From: Pseudomonadota bacterium
GTDB taxonomy: Bacteria > Myxococcota_A > Bradymonadia > UBA4248
Length of the DNA stretch: 64,000 nucleotides
Assembly (NCBI GenBank): GCA_017464085.1
Contig: JAFUEE010000197.1
Coordinates: 8,711-72,710, forward strand
Reading direction: 5' to 3'
In this document: positions 1-8,630 of the stretch, one piece after another
Position numbering within the stretch: the stretch's first letter is position 1
How the letters are laid out: every line of letters starts with the position of its first letter
Notes under the pieces: generated by a model
What the model was told of the DNA's origin: nothing
What the model saw: only the letters and a program-made list of their open reading frames with translations
Database searches by the model: none
Position numbers and translations under genes: made by a program

Positions 1-14
1 AAGAGAAGTATGCG

Positions 15-3000
15 GTGACTTGGCTGGCGGCGGATGCATGCCGCCGCACGGGGAATTATCAGAAGACTGTCGAGCTCGAACAGCAGCTGATCGAGCTGGC
101 TGGCGATGCAGAGACGAAAGCCGCCCATTGGCTTGCGATCGCGGATGCGGCAGAAGACCTGGAAGCGCCCGAGCTGGCAATCAATGCCCTGACAGAAGCT
201 GGTGCGGCTGGATGCGGTGATATCGCAGATGCGCGTCTGGCTGCGCTTTATGAGGCCCGTGGAGACTGGGATAAGCGTGCCGAAGTGCTCGGACGCATGA
301 AACAGCGTGCCAGATGGGATGCGCAGGCGCTGAGCTGGCTGGAGGGCGAAGCGCAGTGGATGCATGAGGATCATGAGGCTGCGATTCAGACGTTTTCGGG
401 AATAGCCTCTCCGCTTGGCAGGTGGCGCACGCATTGGGGGTATGAAGTCATCGAGGATCATACGGCACATGCGCATCTCCTCGAAGATTGGGCCAAAGAG
501 ACGAAGGATGCGGGCACGCATGATGCGCTTTTGAGCGATCTGATCGTGCTTTTGACAGAACGGCTTCAGGCACCTGAGATTGCTATACAGTACTTGCAGC
601 AGATGCCGCCGGCGCGCGTGTCGCGCGATTTGGGGTGGAAACGCATCAAGCTGGCGATGCAGCTTCAGCAGTATGAGCGCGTGTTTGAAGGGCTGATTGC
701 TTTTGCAAATGACACGACAGATGAAGCCGAGTCTTTGATGTGGAAGCTGGAGGCCGCTCGCTTTCAGGACAGAATGCTCAATGATTTTGATGGTGCTGTC
801 GAGAGCCTGCGCGCGATACATGAGAAGTCGCCGACGTATGTGCCTGCGGTTGTCCTGCTTCACGATATGGCGCTCAGGAACCGTCGGTATGAGCTCGTGA
901 TTCTTGCGAATACCTGGAGAGACGGGTTTCAGACATCGAGCGAAAGAAGAGCGGAATCGGCGTGTGAGAATGCCTGGGCATCCTTGAAGCTTCAGGATGC
1001 GCGCGCGGCTGCCGGTTGGTTTGAGCAGGCGATGCAGATCGCGCCGCTTGGCGCATATCATCTCCGGCAGTATGTGGAACTGCTTCGTCAGCTCGGGCGT
1101 TGGGAAGATGCAGTCCGCGTGATTCGCGACAATATTGATCGCAATGCGGTGCATCGGGGCGCGGATGTGGCGGATCCGGTCCGCACAGATCCAGATCAGC
1201 TTGCGGTGGATGAAGCTGAGGAAACAAGCGCAGTCTCTGATCATGGCGGCAATGCGGTCAGACCTGAGGCGGATGTGATGTTCGAGATGATGCTCGACAT
1301 TCAGACATTCTGCCTGAAGCATTCTTCTGGGACTTTGTATGCGCGGCTCAAGTATTTTGAGGAAAAGCCCGTTCTATCGTGTGCGGTTTCTTATTTGATA
1401 GACAAGCTTTCGCTGGATGCGCCGGCTGTCATTTTGCCAGTATTGAGCGATGTGCGTGTCAAGCTTTCGGGCGTATCTGAGGAAGTTCTGGCGCTTGTCG
1501 ATTGGGTGGAGGCAGAGCTCGTGCGCAGCACGACAGTGGACAGCGAAGACGCGAAGACCGCGTCGCAGATTTGTCTGCTTCTCAAGCGCAGTCTGGATTT
1601 CCGATATGGTGTCTGTCTGCGCGCAGAGATGCTTCGATGCCTGCGCGCAATGGGGAATGAGGACGAGACCGCCTGGCTGGAAAGGTATGCCGCTCAGACG
1701 CAGGACAAGTGGATGGCGATGGCATTGAGCCGCGAGGCGGCGATGCGCTCGATCTGGGTGGATGAGGATTATGAAATTGCTCGCCGGGTTCTGATGCACT
1801 CGCTGGTGCGCGAAGATTCTGATCGTCGGACATTGTGGATGCTCGAACATTTTTCTGCGGTCACGGAAGACTGGAAAGCGCTTGGCTATTTCAGGGAACG
1901 GCTTGCGCAGACGGAAAGTTCGCCCAAAGCGAGGCTCCAGGCGCTCAAGAGCGCGCTTGCGCCGTATGTGGATGATGACCAGACGGAGCATGCTGTCCGG
2001 ATTGCGCAGGAATGCTTGAAGCTGGATTCTCGTGCACTGCCTGCGCTTGTGACGCTTGCGCATATCGCTGAAGACAGCGAAGATATGTACAGCCTGGCGT
2101 GTATTGCAGACAGGCTTTCGGATGCCTCCACATACGGCGGAAATCGCACCGAATACGGGCTTTGGGCTGCACAGCTGTGGTCACAGTCGCTCAAGAAGGA
2201 CGATCAGGCAATCATGAGCCTCAACCGTCTGCTGGCGCTAGAACCGGCATGTATGCCTGCGATACATCTGAGCGAGCAGCTTCACAAACGGCTTGGGCGA
2301 TACGAACAGCTCGGTGTGATTTATTCCCGCGCGATTGCAGTCCTGCCCGAAGGTCCGGCGCAGATCGAAATCTTGCGCAAGCAGGCTGAGCTTTTGGCGA
2401 AGAATTTGAATGATGCGCCGGCTGCAAGTCTGTCGCTCACGCGGATCATCAAGCAGGCTCCGGAGGATGTGGACGCGCTTTCGAGCCTGTCTGACCTGCT
2501 CATCGTTCAGTCTCGCTGGAGCGAGGCAGTGGATACGCTTGAACAGCTTTCTCGCGTTTCAGACACGCCCGATAAGAAGCGTCAGATCAACCTGAAGCTG
2601 GCGGATATCCTCATCCATCAGCTGCAGCAGCCGGATCATGCCAAACGTATCCTGAAGCGTCACCTGATGCAGTTTGAACATGATATTGCGGCACTGCAGC
2701 TTCTGTATGATATCGCATGCTCGGAGCGCAACTGGATGGATGCGAAGAACACGCTTGAGGAAATCAGCCGCGATGAGACGACGCTTGAAGCTCGCCATGC
2801 GCGCATGGCGTTTACGCATGTCGCACGCGAGGCTGGCTGGTCGCATGATATCCGCACCATGTATGAGCGTCAGGCGATTAATGCCGTGATCGATCACCGC
2901 GAGGATTTTGATGCGCTCGTCGCGGACTACAGCGCGCATAATGAACTCGGGCGCCTGATTGATGTGGCCAAGCGCGAGCTTTCGCAGCAGGGCAATGTGG

Positions 3001-4058
3001 AACAGATCGCGCGCTATCGCGGGTGTGTTGCGGCGCTTCTTGTGGCGAATCGCCAGCATCGCGATGCTTTGGCATTTCTTTCTGAGATCATTCACGATTC
3101 CCAGAATACCGACTGGGCATATCTTGCACGCGCGCAGGCGCTGACGAGTGCCGGACAGCTTGAGAGCGCTGTCGGGGAATATCGCAGGACTCTGACGCGC
3201 AATATCAAGCTCCGCGATGCCTTTGAGCCTTTTTTGGAGGTCTTGCGCCAGACTGGTGATGAGATTTCTCTGGCAGCGGTGACTGCAGTTCGCGATGCCG
3301 GCGTTGAAACGGAAACGCCCGAACTCTATCTGAGGTGCGTGAGCGGCGCGCCGCGCGGTTATTTTGATGTCGATCACATGGGGTTTGCACGCCAGCTGAT
3401 TGATGCACAGCGATATCTGCGGCAGATGACGCCATACGCATTCGAGCTGTTCAACGATCATCTCCAGCCGGTCATGCTCGCTTCTTCGCACTGGGCCTAC
3501 ACGCGGTGTTACAAGCTGTTCGGGCAGAACCTGGAGGTCAAGCAGATCTTTGTTGCCAAGCGGCTCAAGAAGGAGCTCTGTATTGTCAAGCTTCAGGAAA
3601 CGCCGGCGCTGATTTTTGATGAACGTCTTTTGCGCGAAGACATGATGGTAGAGTTCGATTTCTGGGCTGCGTATGCGATGCATCAGGCAGTGACAGGCGG
3701 TTGTCTGATCGATGCGCTGGACGATGCGCATGTCGAAGCGCTTTTCAGCGCGCTTTGCCAAGCGAGGCCGGAATCGGCAGAGGCACAGGTCATGAAGAAG
3801 AACTTGTTCCGCACGCTTCCGAGGACCGAGCGCAAGCTGTTCAAGGACGGCGTGCCGTTTTTGGCGCCGAACTGGACGGAATTCCGGAACGCGCTCCGCA
3901 CGCGCGCTGCATGCGTGGCTGCGGTCATATCGGCCTCTCCGGCATACGCACTGAAGGCGCATCCCGGCGATCCCGCGCTTGAGGTGTTTTTGATTTCGGA
4001 AAGCTACGTCCGTTTTGTTCGTACCTATTGGACGCACGGCCTTGCCGTGACGGGGTGA
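15..4058 (+). CDS. Large (>=1347 aa) helical/TPR-like repeat protein of unknown function; possibly 5'-truncated by the window edge
   Basis: Longest ORF in the region. It begins at GTG 15, but the frame stays open back to base 3, so the true start may lie upstream of the window. Ala/Leu-rich helical-repeat composition with TPR-like stretches (e.g. AQALTSAGQLESAVGEYRRTLTRN). Stop TGA 4056-4058 lies 4 nt before the hydF ATG. Confidence 0.7.
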   Translation: MTWLAADACRRTGNYQKTVELEQQLIELAGDAETKAAHWLAIADAAEDLEAPELAINALTEAGAAGCGDIADARLAALYEARGDWDKRAEVLGRMKQRARWDAQALSWLEGEAQWMHEDHEAAIQTFSGIASPLGRWRTHWGYEVIEDHTAHAHLLEDWAKETKDAGTHDALLSDLIVLLTERLQAPEIAIQYLQQMPPARVSRDLGWKRIKLAMQLQQYERVFEGLIAFANDTTDEAESLMWKLEAARFQDRMLNDFDGAVESLRAIHEKSPTYVPAVVLLHDMALRNRRYELVILANTWRDGFQTSSERRAESACENAWASLKLQDARAAAGWFEQAMQIAPLGAYHLRQYVELLRQLGRWEDAVRVIRDNIDRNAVHRGADVADPVRTDPDQLAVDEAEETSAVSDHGGNAVRPEADVMFEMMLDIQTFCLKHSSGTLYARLKYFEEKPVLSCAVSYLIDKLSLDAPAVILPVLSDVRVKLSGVSEEVLALVDWVEAELVRSTTVDSEDAKTASQICLLLKRSLDFRYGVCLRAEMLRCLRAMGNEDETAWLERYAAQTQDKWMAMALSREAAMRSIWVDEDYEIARRVLMHSLVREDSDRRTLWMLEHFSAVTEDWKALGYFRERLAQTESSPKARLQALKSALAPYVDDDQTEHAVRIAQECLKLDSRALPALVTLAHIAEDSEDMYSLACIADRLSDASTYGGNRTEYGLWAAQLWSQSLKKDDQAIMSLNRLLALEPACMPAIHLSEQLHKRLGRYEQLGVIYSRAIAVLPEGPAQIEILRKQAELLAKNLNDAPAASLSLTRIIKQAPEDVDALSSLSDLLIVQSRWSEAVDTLEQLSRVSDTPDKKRQINLKLADILIHQLQQPDHAKRILKRHLMQFEHDIAALQLLYDIACSERNWMDAKNTLEEISRDETTLEARHARMAFTHVAREAGWSHDIRTMYERQAINAVIDHREDFDALVADYSAHNELGRLIDVAKRELSQQGNVEQIARYRGCVAALLVANRQHRDALAFLSEIIHDSQNTDWAYLARAQALTSAGQLESAVGEYRRTLTRNIKLRDAFEPFLEVLRQTGDEISLAAVTAVRDAGVETETPELYLRCVSGAPRGYFDVDHMGFARQLIDAQRYLRQMTPYAFELFNDHLQPVMLASSHWAYTRCYKLFGQNLEVKQIFVAKRLKKELCIVKLQETPALIFDERLLREDMMVEFDFWAAYAMHQAVTGGCLIDALDDAHVEALFSALCQARPESAEAQVMKKNLFRTLPRTERKLFKDGVPFLAPNWTEFRNALRTRAACVAAVISASPAYALKAHPGDPALEVFLISESYVRFVRTYWTHGLAVTG

Positions 4059-4062
4059 AAAC

Positions 4063-5286
4063 ATGCGCACGCCAAAGAGCCTGAGGTTACATATTGCGAT
4101 ATTTGGCCGTCGGAATGTCGGCAAATCCAGCCTTCTGAATGCTTTTGTGCATCAGGAGGTGTCGATTGTCTCTGACCATAAGGGGACGACAACGGACCCG
4201 ATTGAAAAAACGATGGAGCTTTTGCCGCTCGGCCCTGTCGTGCTGATCGATACGGCAGGACTGGACGACGAGGGCGACTTGGGTGCGCTTCGCGTGGAAC
4301 GGACGCTTCGGCAGTTCGATCGCTGCGATATGGCGCTTATCGTGACGGACAATGTCTGGGGCGAAGAGGAACGGCGGATTCGCGATGCGCTTGAGGCGCG
4401 GCATATTCCGCATCTCGCTGTGCTGAACAAATGCGACCTCTATGACCATGCGCCGCTGATCGCGCATCTCGAAGTGCAAAAAATACCTGTGGTGTCCGTG
4501 TGCGCTCAGGATGATGCGCGCATGGAGCAGCTCTACCGCGCGCTGATTCGCACGGCGCCCGACGAATTTGCGGATTCTCAGCCGCTTCTCTCGGGCATTG
4601 TTTCTCCGGAAGACCATATTCTTCTGGTGATTCCGATTGACAAGGAGGCGCCCAAAGGCCGCCTGATCGCTCCTCAGGTTCAGACGATACGCGCGATTTT
4701 GGATGCGCATGCGCGGTGTTCTATCTGTGGCGCGGAGGATGTGTCACGGATGCTGGGGGCATTTCGCGAGCCCCCGAAGCTCGTGATCACGGATTCGCAG
4801 GCGTTCGGCCAGGTGGCCGCGCAGGTGCCGCCGGATGTCATGCTGACGGGATTTTCGATATTGTTCGCGCGATTTAAAGGGGAGCTCTGCGAGCTTGCGC
4901 GCGGCGCGGCGGTATTATCCCGTCTGAATGCTGGTGACCGTGTGCTGATCGCGGAGGCGTGCACGCATCATCCGATTCAGGACGATATCGGCCGCGTCAA
5001 GATTCCTGGCTGGCTTCACAAGAAGTTCGGCGACAGCCTGTGTGTGGACACAGTCAGCGGGCAGGAGCTGCCGCCAGATCTTTCGGCGTACCGTCTTGTG
5101 ATACATTGCGGTGCCTGTATGTGGACACGCCGGCAGATGCTCGAGCGGATACGTATCGTGCGCGCGTCCGGGGCTGCCATTACGAACTACGGCATGGCGA
5201 TTGCGGGGCTTCACGACATACTGTCGCGTGCGCTTGAGCCGTTTCCGGAGGCATTGTCGGCCTGGCGTCGTGCGCTTGATGCGTGA
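4063..5286 (+). CDS. hydF: [FeFe]-hydrogenase H-cluster maturation GTPase HydF
   Basis: N-terminal GTPase domain: LHIAIFGRRNVGKSSLLNAF (G1), GTTTDP (G2), DTAGLDD (G3), NKCD (G4). C-terminal cluster-binding signature C-x-H-x45-H-C-x-x-C: CTHH at 4960-4971 and HCGAC at 5104-5118. Confidence 0.85.
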   Translation: MRTPKSLRLHIAIFGRRNVGKSSLLNAFVHQEVSIVSDHKGTTTDPIEKTMELLPLGPVVLIDTAGLDDEGDLGALRVERTLRQFDRCDMALIVTDNVWGEEERRIRDALEARHIPHLAVLNKCDLYDHAPLIAHLEVQKIPVVSVCAQDDARMEQLYRALIRTAPDEFADSQPLLSGIVSPEDHILLVIPIDKEAPKGRLIAPQVQTIRAILDAHARCSICGAEDVSRMLGAFREPPKLVITDSQAFGQVAAQVPPDVMLTGFSILFARFKGELCELARGAAVLSRLNAGDRVLIAEACTHHPIQDDIGRVKIPGWLHKKFGDSLCVDTVSGQELPPDLSAYRLVIHCGACMWTRRQMLERIRIVRASGAAITNYGMAIAGLHDILSRALEPFPEALSAWRRALDA

Positions 5287-5310
5287 ATCGGACGTTGAGG
5301 ATACAGAAGC

Positions 5311-5336
5311 AGCCGCTCGTTTCGGGCGGCTTTTTT
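5311..5336 (+). terminator. Rho-independent terminator after hydF
   Basis: Hairpin agccgc-tcgtttcg-ggcggct followed by a T6 run, 25 nt after the hydF stop. Confidence 0.7.
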
Positions 5337-5400
5337 ATTGCGGTCTGATATGGATACAAAAGTGTCTATGCCTGAGGCGAGCGGGGCGTGCATGGGATAC

Positions 5401-5428
5401 AAAAAAAGCCGCTTTGTAGAGCGGCTTT
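5401..5428 (-). terminator. Rho-independent terminator after the RRM protein gene
   Basis: On the minus strand, stem gccgc/gcggc (5408-5412 / 5421-5425) is followed by a T7 run (A7 at 5401-5407 on plus). It starts 6 nt after the stop at 5434. Confidence 0.7.
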
Positions 5429-5433
5429 AGATC

Positions 5434-5718
5434 TTACTGGCGGCGCGGCGGACGGCGCTGGCCGGCGGGTTTTTCCTGATTTGCTTCATTGACGCGGATG
5501 GCGCGACCGTCAAGTTCTTTGCCGTCCATTTCGGCAATTGCAGATGCAGCCGCTGCATCATCGGTAAATGTTACGAAACCGAAACCACGGGAACGTCCAG
5601 TTTCACGATCCGTAATGACCTTGGCGTCTGTGACTTCGCCGAACTGCGTGAACGCTTTGTTCAGCCCATCAGATGTTGTTGCCCAAGCCAAACCACCAAC
5701 AAAAAGCTTCTTCGACAT
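5434..5718 (-). CDS. RRM-type (RNP-1/RNP-2) glycine/arginine-tailed RNA-binding protein
   Basis: RNP-2 motif KLFVGGL and RNP-1 motif RGFGFVTF. Start moved to ATG at 5716-5718 (MSKKLFVGGL); the longer ORF to 5760 adds a non-homologous leader. Confidence 0.85.
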   Translation of the reverse strand: MSKKLFVGGLAWATTSDGLNKAFTQFGEVTDAKVITDRETGRSRGFGFVTFTDDAAAASAIAEMDGKELDGRAIRVNEANQEKPAGQRRPPRRQ

Positions 5719-5848
5719 AACCGTCTCTCTCAAACTAGGTGTACAAAAACACACCCGCAATGCGGATCAGAAACCCCGCGTCACCATGCACACCCTAATG
5801 GCGTGCGAAAGCAGAATGTTAATTTTGCGTTAAATATCTGCAATCTGG

Positions 5849-5877
5849 GTTATACGCTTGCGAGCATTTTTCTGCAA
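5849..5877 (-). promoter_or_regulatory. Candidate sigma70-type promoter for the RRM protein gene
   Basis: Minus strand reads TTGCAG (5877-5872), 17 nt spacer, TATAAC (5854-5849). This implies a leader of about 120 nt before the ATG at 5718. Confidence 0.35.
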
Positions 5878-5948
5878 CAAACTTTTCATGTATCCAAACA
5901 AGAAAAATGCAATCGCATCTGGGGCGGACGTGAATGTGTGCGGTTTGT

Positions 5949-6024
5949 GTCCGCCTATCGCTGTGGCGATACGGCGGACTTGCACGCGCTATCTGCCGGC
6001 AGCGCCGGTCAGATACGCGCGTGC
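5949..6024. repeat. Two REP-like bulged palindromes (GGCTAT...ATACGCC orientation)
   Basis: gtccgcctatcgctgtggcgatacggcggac (5949-5979) and gcacgcgctatctgccggcagcgccggtcagatacgcgcgtgc (5982-6024). The second abuts the stop codon of the 6024-6452 gene. Confidence 0.8.
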
Positions 6025-6452
6025 TATTTCTGGTTCTGCTCGGTGATGTACCACGCTTTTGCGTCGCGGTCATATTCCCAGGTTGTCGAGAGCCTGGACG
6101 AGTGAACGGAAGGGACGCCCTGTTCGTACCACTGCACGTCGGAATAAACGACCATGCAGCGGTCTTTCATTTCGGGATCCGTCACGTCAGTCATGTCGCA
6201 CGGTTCGGTCGCGAGGACTTCGATTTCTGTGAACTTGACACGCTGTGTGAGGATTGCGTCGAGCCATGAAGCGCGTGATTCCGGCCTGATGTTTTTTGCA
6301 GCGATCTCGTATCGCTCGAAGATGAGGTCTCGGTTGTAGGACTCGACATTTTTGATCAGCTTTGCCTTGGTCGTGCTTGAGGACTGGCAGGCTGGCGCTG
6401 TGAGAATTGCGCAGATCGCGAGCAGGATCAGTGGAAGTTTCAATCTGTTCAT
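6024..6452 (-). CDS. Small lipoprotein, unknown function
   Basis: Signal peptide plus lipobox (LILLAICAILTAPAC). No recognisable catalytic motif. Confidence 0.65.
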   Translation of the reverse strand: MNRLKLPLILLAICAILTAPACQSSSTTKAKLIKNVESYNRDLIFERYEIAAKNIRPESRASWLDAILTQRVKFTEIEVLATEPCDMTDVTDPEMKDRCMVVYSDVQWYEQGVPSVHSSRLSTTWEYDRDAKAWYITEQNQK

Positions 6453-6581
6453 GAGGGGATTTGTGAGCGCTGGGGCTTTTTTAGAGCAAGAAGCTTGCGT
6501 GCATGCGCTTTTTCAGAAGGAAATGGCACGCTGAGCGCGTCTGCGAATGGCTGTGCTGTCGTGGCGCGTGTCTTTAAAGTC

Positions 6582-6614
6582 AAAAAAAGCCATGTGTTTA
6601 CACATGGCTTTTTT
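6582..6614. terminator. Bidirectional hairpin terminator
   Basis: A7-gccatgtg-ttta-cacatggc-T6. Perfect 8-bp stem flanked by an A-run and a T-run, 18 nt downstream of the minus-strand OMP gene stop (6632). Confidence 0.75.
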
Positions 6615-6631
6615 GTAGGGCGTGGGAGGGT

Positions 6632-7294
6632 TCAGAACCAGAATGTGCAGCCGGCCATGCCCAGGAGGTCGACGTTTTTGAAGAAATCGACGCTGACACC
6701 GTTCGCATTCGTGGAAGAGTAGCCATTTTCGTTGGCATTGCTCAGGCCGGTCGCCAGAGCGGCGCCCTTGTCTGTGATGATGTCGATGCCGATGCCGACT
6801 TGGGTATGGATGGAGAAGTGTTCGGAGACCCACCATTCCGGGCGGATGCCAAGGTCGATGGCGAACTGGTAACCGTCATTATATTTGGACCATTTTTCGT
6901 CGCTTGAGTAGAAGCCGTCAGATGCAGTGCCGGATGCTGTGAATCCGACGACAGCGGTGAGGTTGACATCAGAGGAGAGGATGACAGGGATGAGGCCTCT
7001 GAGGGAGACGTTCCAGCGAATGACTGTCGTGTCGTATTTATCTGCAAGGACGCCTTTGCCGGACTCATTTTTGACTTCGGCTTTTGTGACATTGAGGCCG
7101 AAGATAGCCTGAATGCCAAAGAATTTATTGATGCTGTAAATTGCCGAGATGCCACGGCCGTCACCGGCAAATTCACTGATCGTCGAGTCGATGCCAATGC
7201 CGAAACGACGCGACATGTCTTTGGCGGAAGCTTCTGCCGCGAGCCCGGTGAAGAAGAGGAACAGAAGGCTGACCGTGAGAATGACTTTTTTCAT
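6632..7294 (-). CDS. Outer-membrane beta-barrel protein (small porin/OmpW-like class)
   Basis: Signal peptide MKKVILTVSLLFLFFTGLAAEASA, alternating amphipathic beta-strand pattern, and an aromatic C-terminus ...GCTFWF. Confidence 0.65.
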   Translation of the reverse strand: MKKVILTVSLLFLFFTGLAAEASAKDMSRRFGIGIDSTISEFAGDGRGISAIYSINKFFGIQAIFGLNVTKAEVKNESGKGVLADKYDTTVIRWNVSLRGLIPVILSSDVNLTAVVGFTASGTASDGFYSSDEKWSKYNDGYQFAIDLGIRPEWWVSEHFSIHTQVGIGIDIITDKGAALATGLSNANENGYSSTNANGVSVDFFKNVDLLGMAGCTFWF

Positions 7295-7536
7295 GAAAAA
7301 ACTCCAAAGGCATAGACGTTAAAAGAACGAAACACACCAGTTTGTGATATTAGCGTTTACGTGGAGATTGGGCAATTATTTTCCCGATGACTTCCATGAA
7401 AAGTGATACGGGCGTGCTCGTGTCAAGTGCCCGGGTCTTGCAGGATAGCCCCGAGCGGCCGGAGGACGAGCGGCCATCCGGTGTCTGTGTGTGGGGACAT
7501 CGCGTGTCGGTGTTGATTTTATTTAGGAGAGAGCGA

Positions 7537-8490
7537 GTGACAGGAGAAGCGTTGCCAAAGATCATTCAGGTGGTGGGGCCGACTGCGAGCGGGAAGACGA
7601 ATTTTTCGGTGCGTCTTGCCGAGGCGCTTGGGGGGGAGCTGATCAATGTGGATTCGATGCAGGTGTATCGCCCGCTGGCCGTCGGGACGGACAAGCCGAC
7701 GGCGGCGCAGTGCGCGCGCGTGCCGATTCACGGGATAGACCTGATTGATTTTGGGCCGCCGATGGATGCGTCCGAGTTTGCGGAATATGCGCGTGCGAAA
7801 ATCAGCGAGATACATGCGCGCGGGCGTTGCTGTGTGATTTCCGGCGGGACTGGGCTGTATCACCGCGCGATCGTGCATGGTCTGATCGCGGCGCCGGCGC
7901 GCAATGATGATGTTCGCGCGGCGCTTCGTGCGGAGCGTGATCAGATTGGGATTGCGGCGATGTATGCGCGCCTTCAGGCGGTCGATCCGGTGGCGGCCGG
8001 CCGGATTTATGCGCAGGACTGGGTGCGCATAGAGCGCGCGCTTGAAGTGTATATGACGACGGGGACGCGTCTGAGCGAATCGCAGGATGCGCACGGATTT
8101 CGGACGGCTTATGTGTCGCGTTTGGCTTTTGGATGCACGGCGGAGCGGCCGGTGCTGTATGCGAAGATCGAGCGGCGTCTGGAGGAGATGTGGCAAGGCG
8201 GGATTATTGAAGAGACGCAGGCGATGCTCGATGCCGGGCTTGAGCCAGAGCAGCTTCCGCTCAAGGCGCTGGGGTATCGTCAGGCGGCGATGTTTTTGCG
8301 CGGGGAATGCACGAGTGCGGAGGCGCTTGAGCTTGCGAAACGCGAGACGCGCCGTTTTGCGAAGCGGCAGCTGACGTGGTTTCGCGCGGATCCCGAGGTC
8401 GAGTGGCTGGAGATGCCGCTTTCGGATGAAGCGTTTGAGCAGGTGAGTGAGCGCTGTCGGGCGTTTTTGGCGGACGTATGCGAAGCATAG
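7537..8490 (+). CDS. miaA: tRNA dimethylallyltransferase MiaA
   Basis: P-loop VVGPTASGKT, then INVDSMQVYR and the LVGGTGLY-like motif ISGGTGLY. GTG start at 7537 is preceded by AGGAGA (7525-7530). The ORF-track start at 7387 adds about 50 non-homologous residues. Confidence 0.85.
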   Translation: MTGEALPKIIQVVGPTASGKTNFSVRLAEALGGELINVDSMQVYRPLAVGTDKPTAAQCARVPIHGIDLIDFGPPMDASEFAEYARAKISEIHARGRCCVISGGTGLYHRAIVHGLIAAPARNDDVRAALRAERDQIGIAAMYARLQAVDPVAAGRIYAQDWVRIERALEVYMTTGTRLSESQDAHGFRTAYVSRLAFGCTAERPVLYAKIERRLEEMWQGGIIEETQAMLDAGLEPEQLPLKALGYRQAAMFLRGECTSAEALELAKRETRRFAKRQLTWFRADPEVEWLEMPLSDEAFEQVSERCRAFLADVCEA

Positions 8491-8532
8491 GCCGCCACCG
8501 GCGCGTATGGTCTGAAAGACCATAGCGGCCGG
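8470..8532. repeat. Two REP-like bulged palindromes (GTAT...ATAG orientation)
   Basis: cggacgtatgcgaagcataggccg overlaps the miaA stop. ccggcgcgtatggtctgaaagaccatagcggccgg lies at 8498-8532. Confidence 0.7.
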
Positions 8533-8630
8533 GGAGGGGGTGTGTTTGAAATTTGCCTGTCCTCATTGGCTTGGTAATATCGCATAAGGTGTGGGATGTG
8601 TTTCGTTTTTTATGGCCAGGATGAGGACTG

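Noticed and set aside
7387-7536. Long N-terminal extensions offered by the ORF track for miaA (7387), tgt (16260), EF-G (26885), the nucleoside phosphorylase (24638), the DsbA protein (11611) and the RRM protein (5760)
   Set aside because: In each case the extension has no homology to the family and runs into REP elements or the upstream gene. An internal ATG or GTG with a good Shine-Dalgarno sequence matches the expected protein N-terminus.
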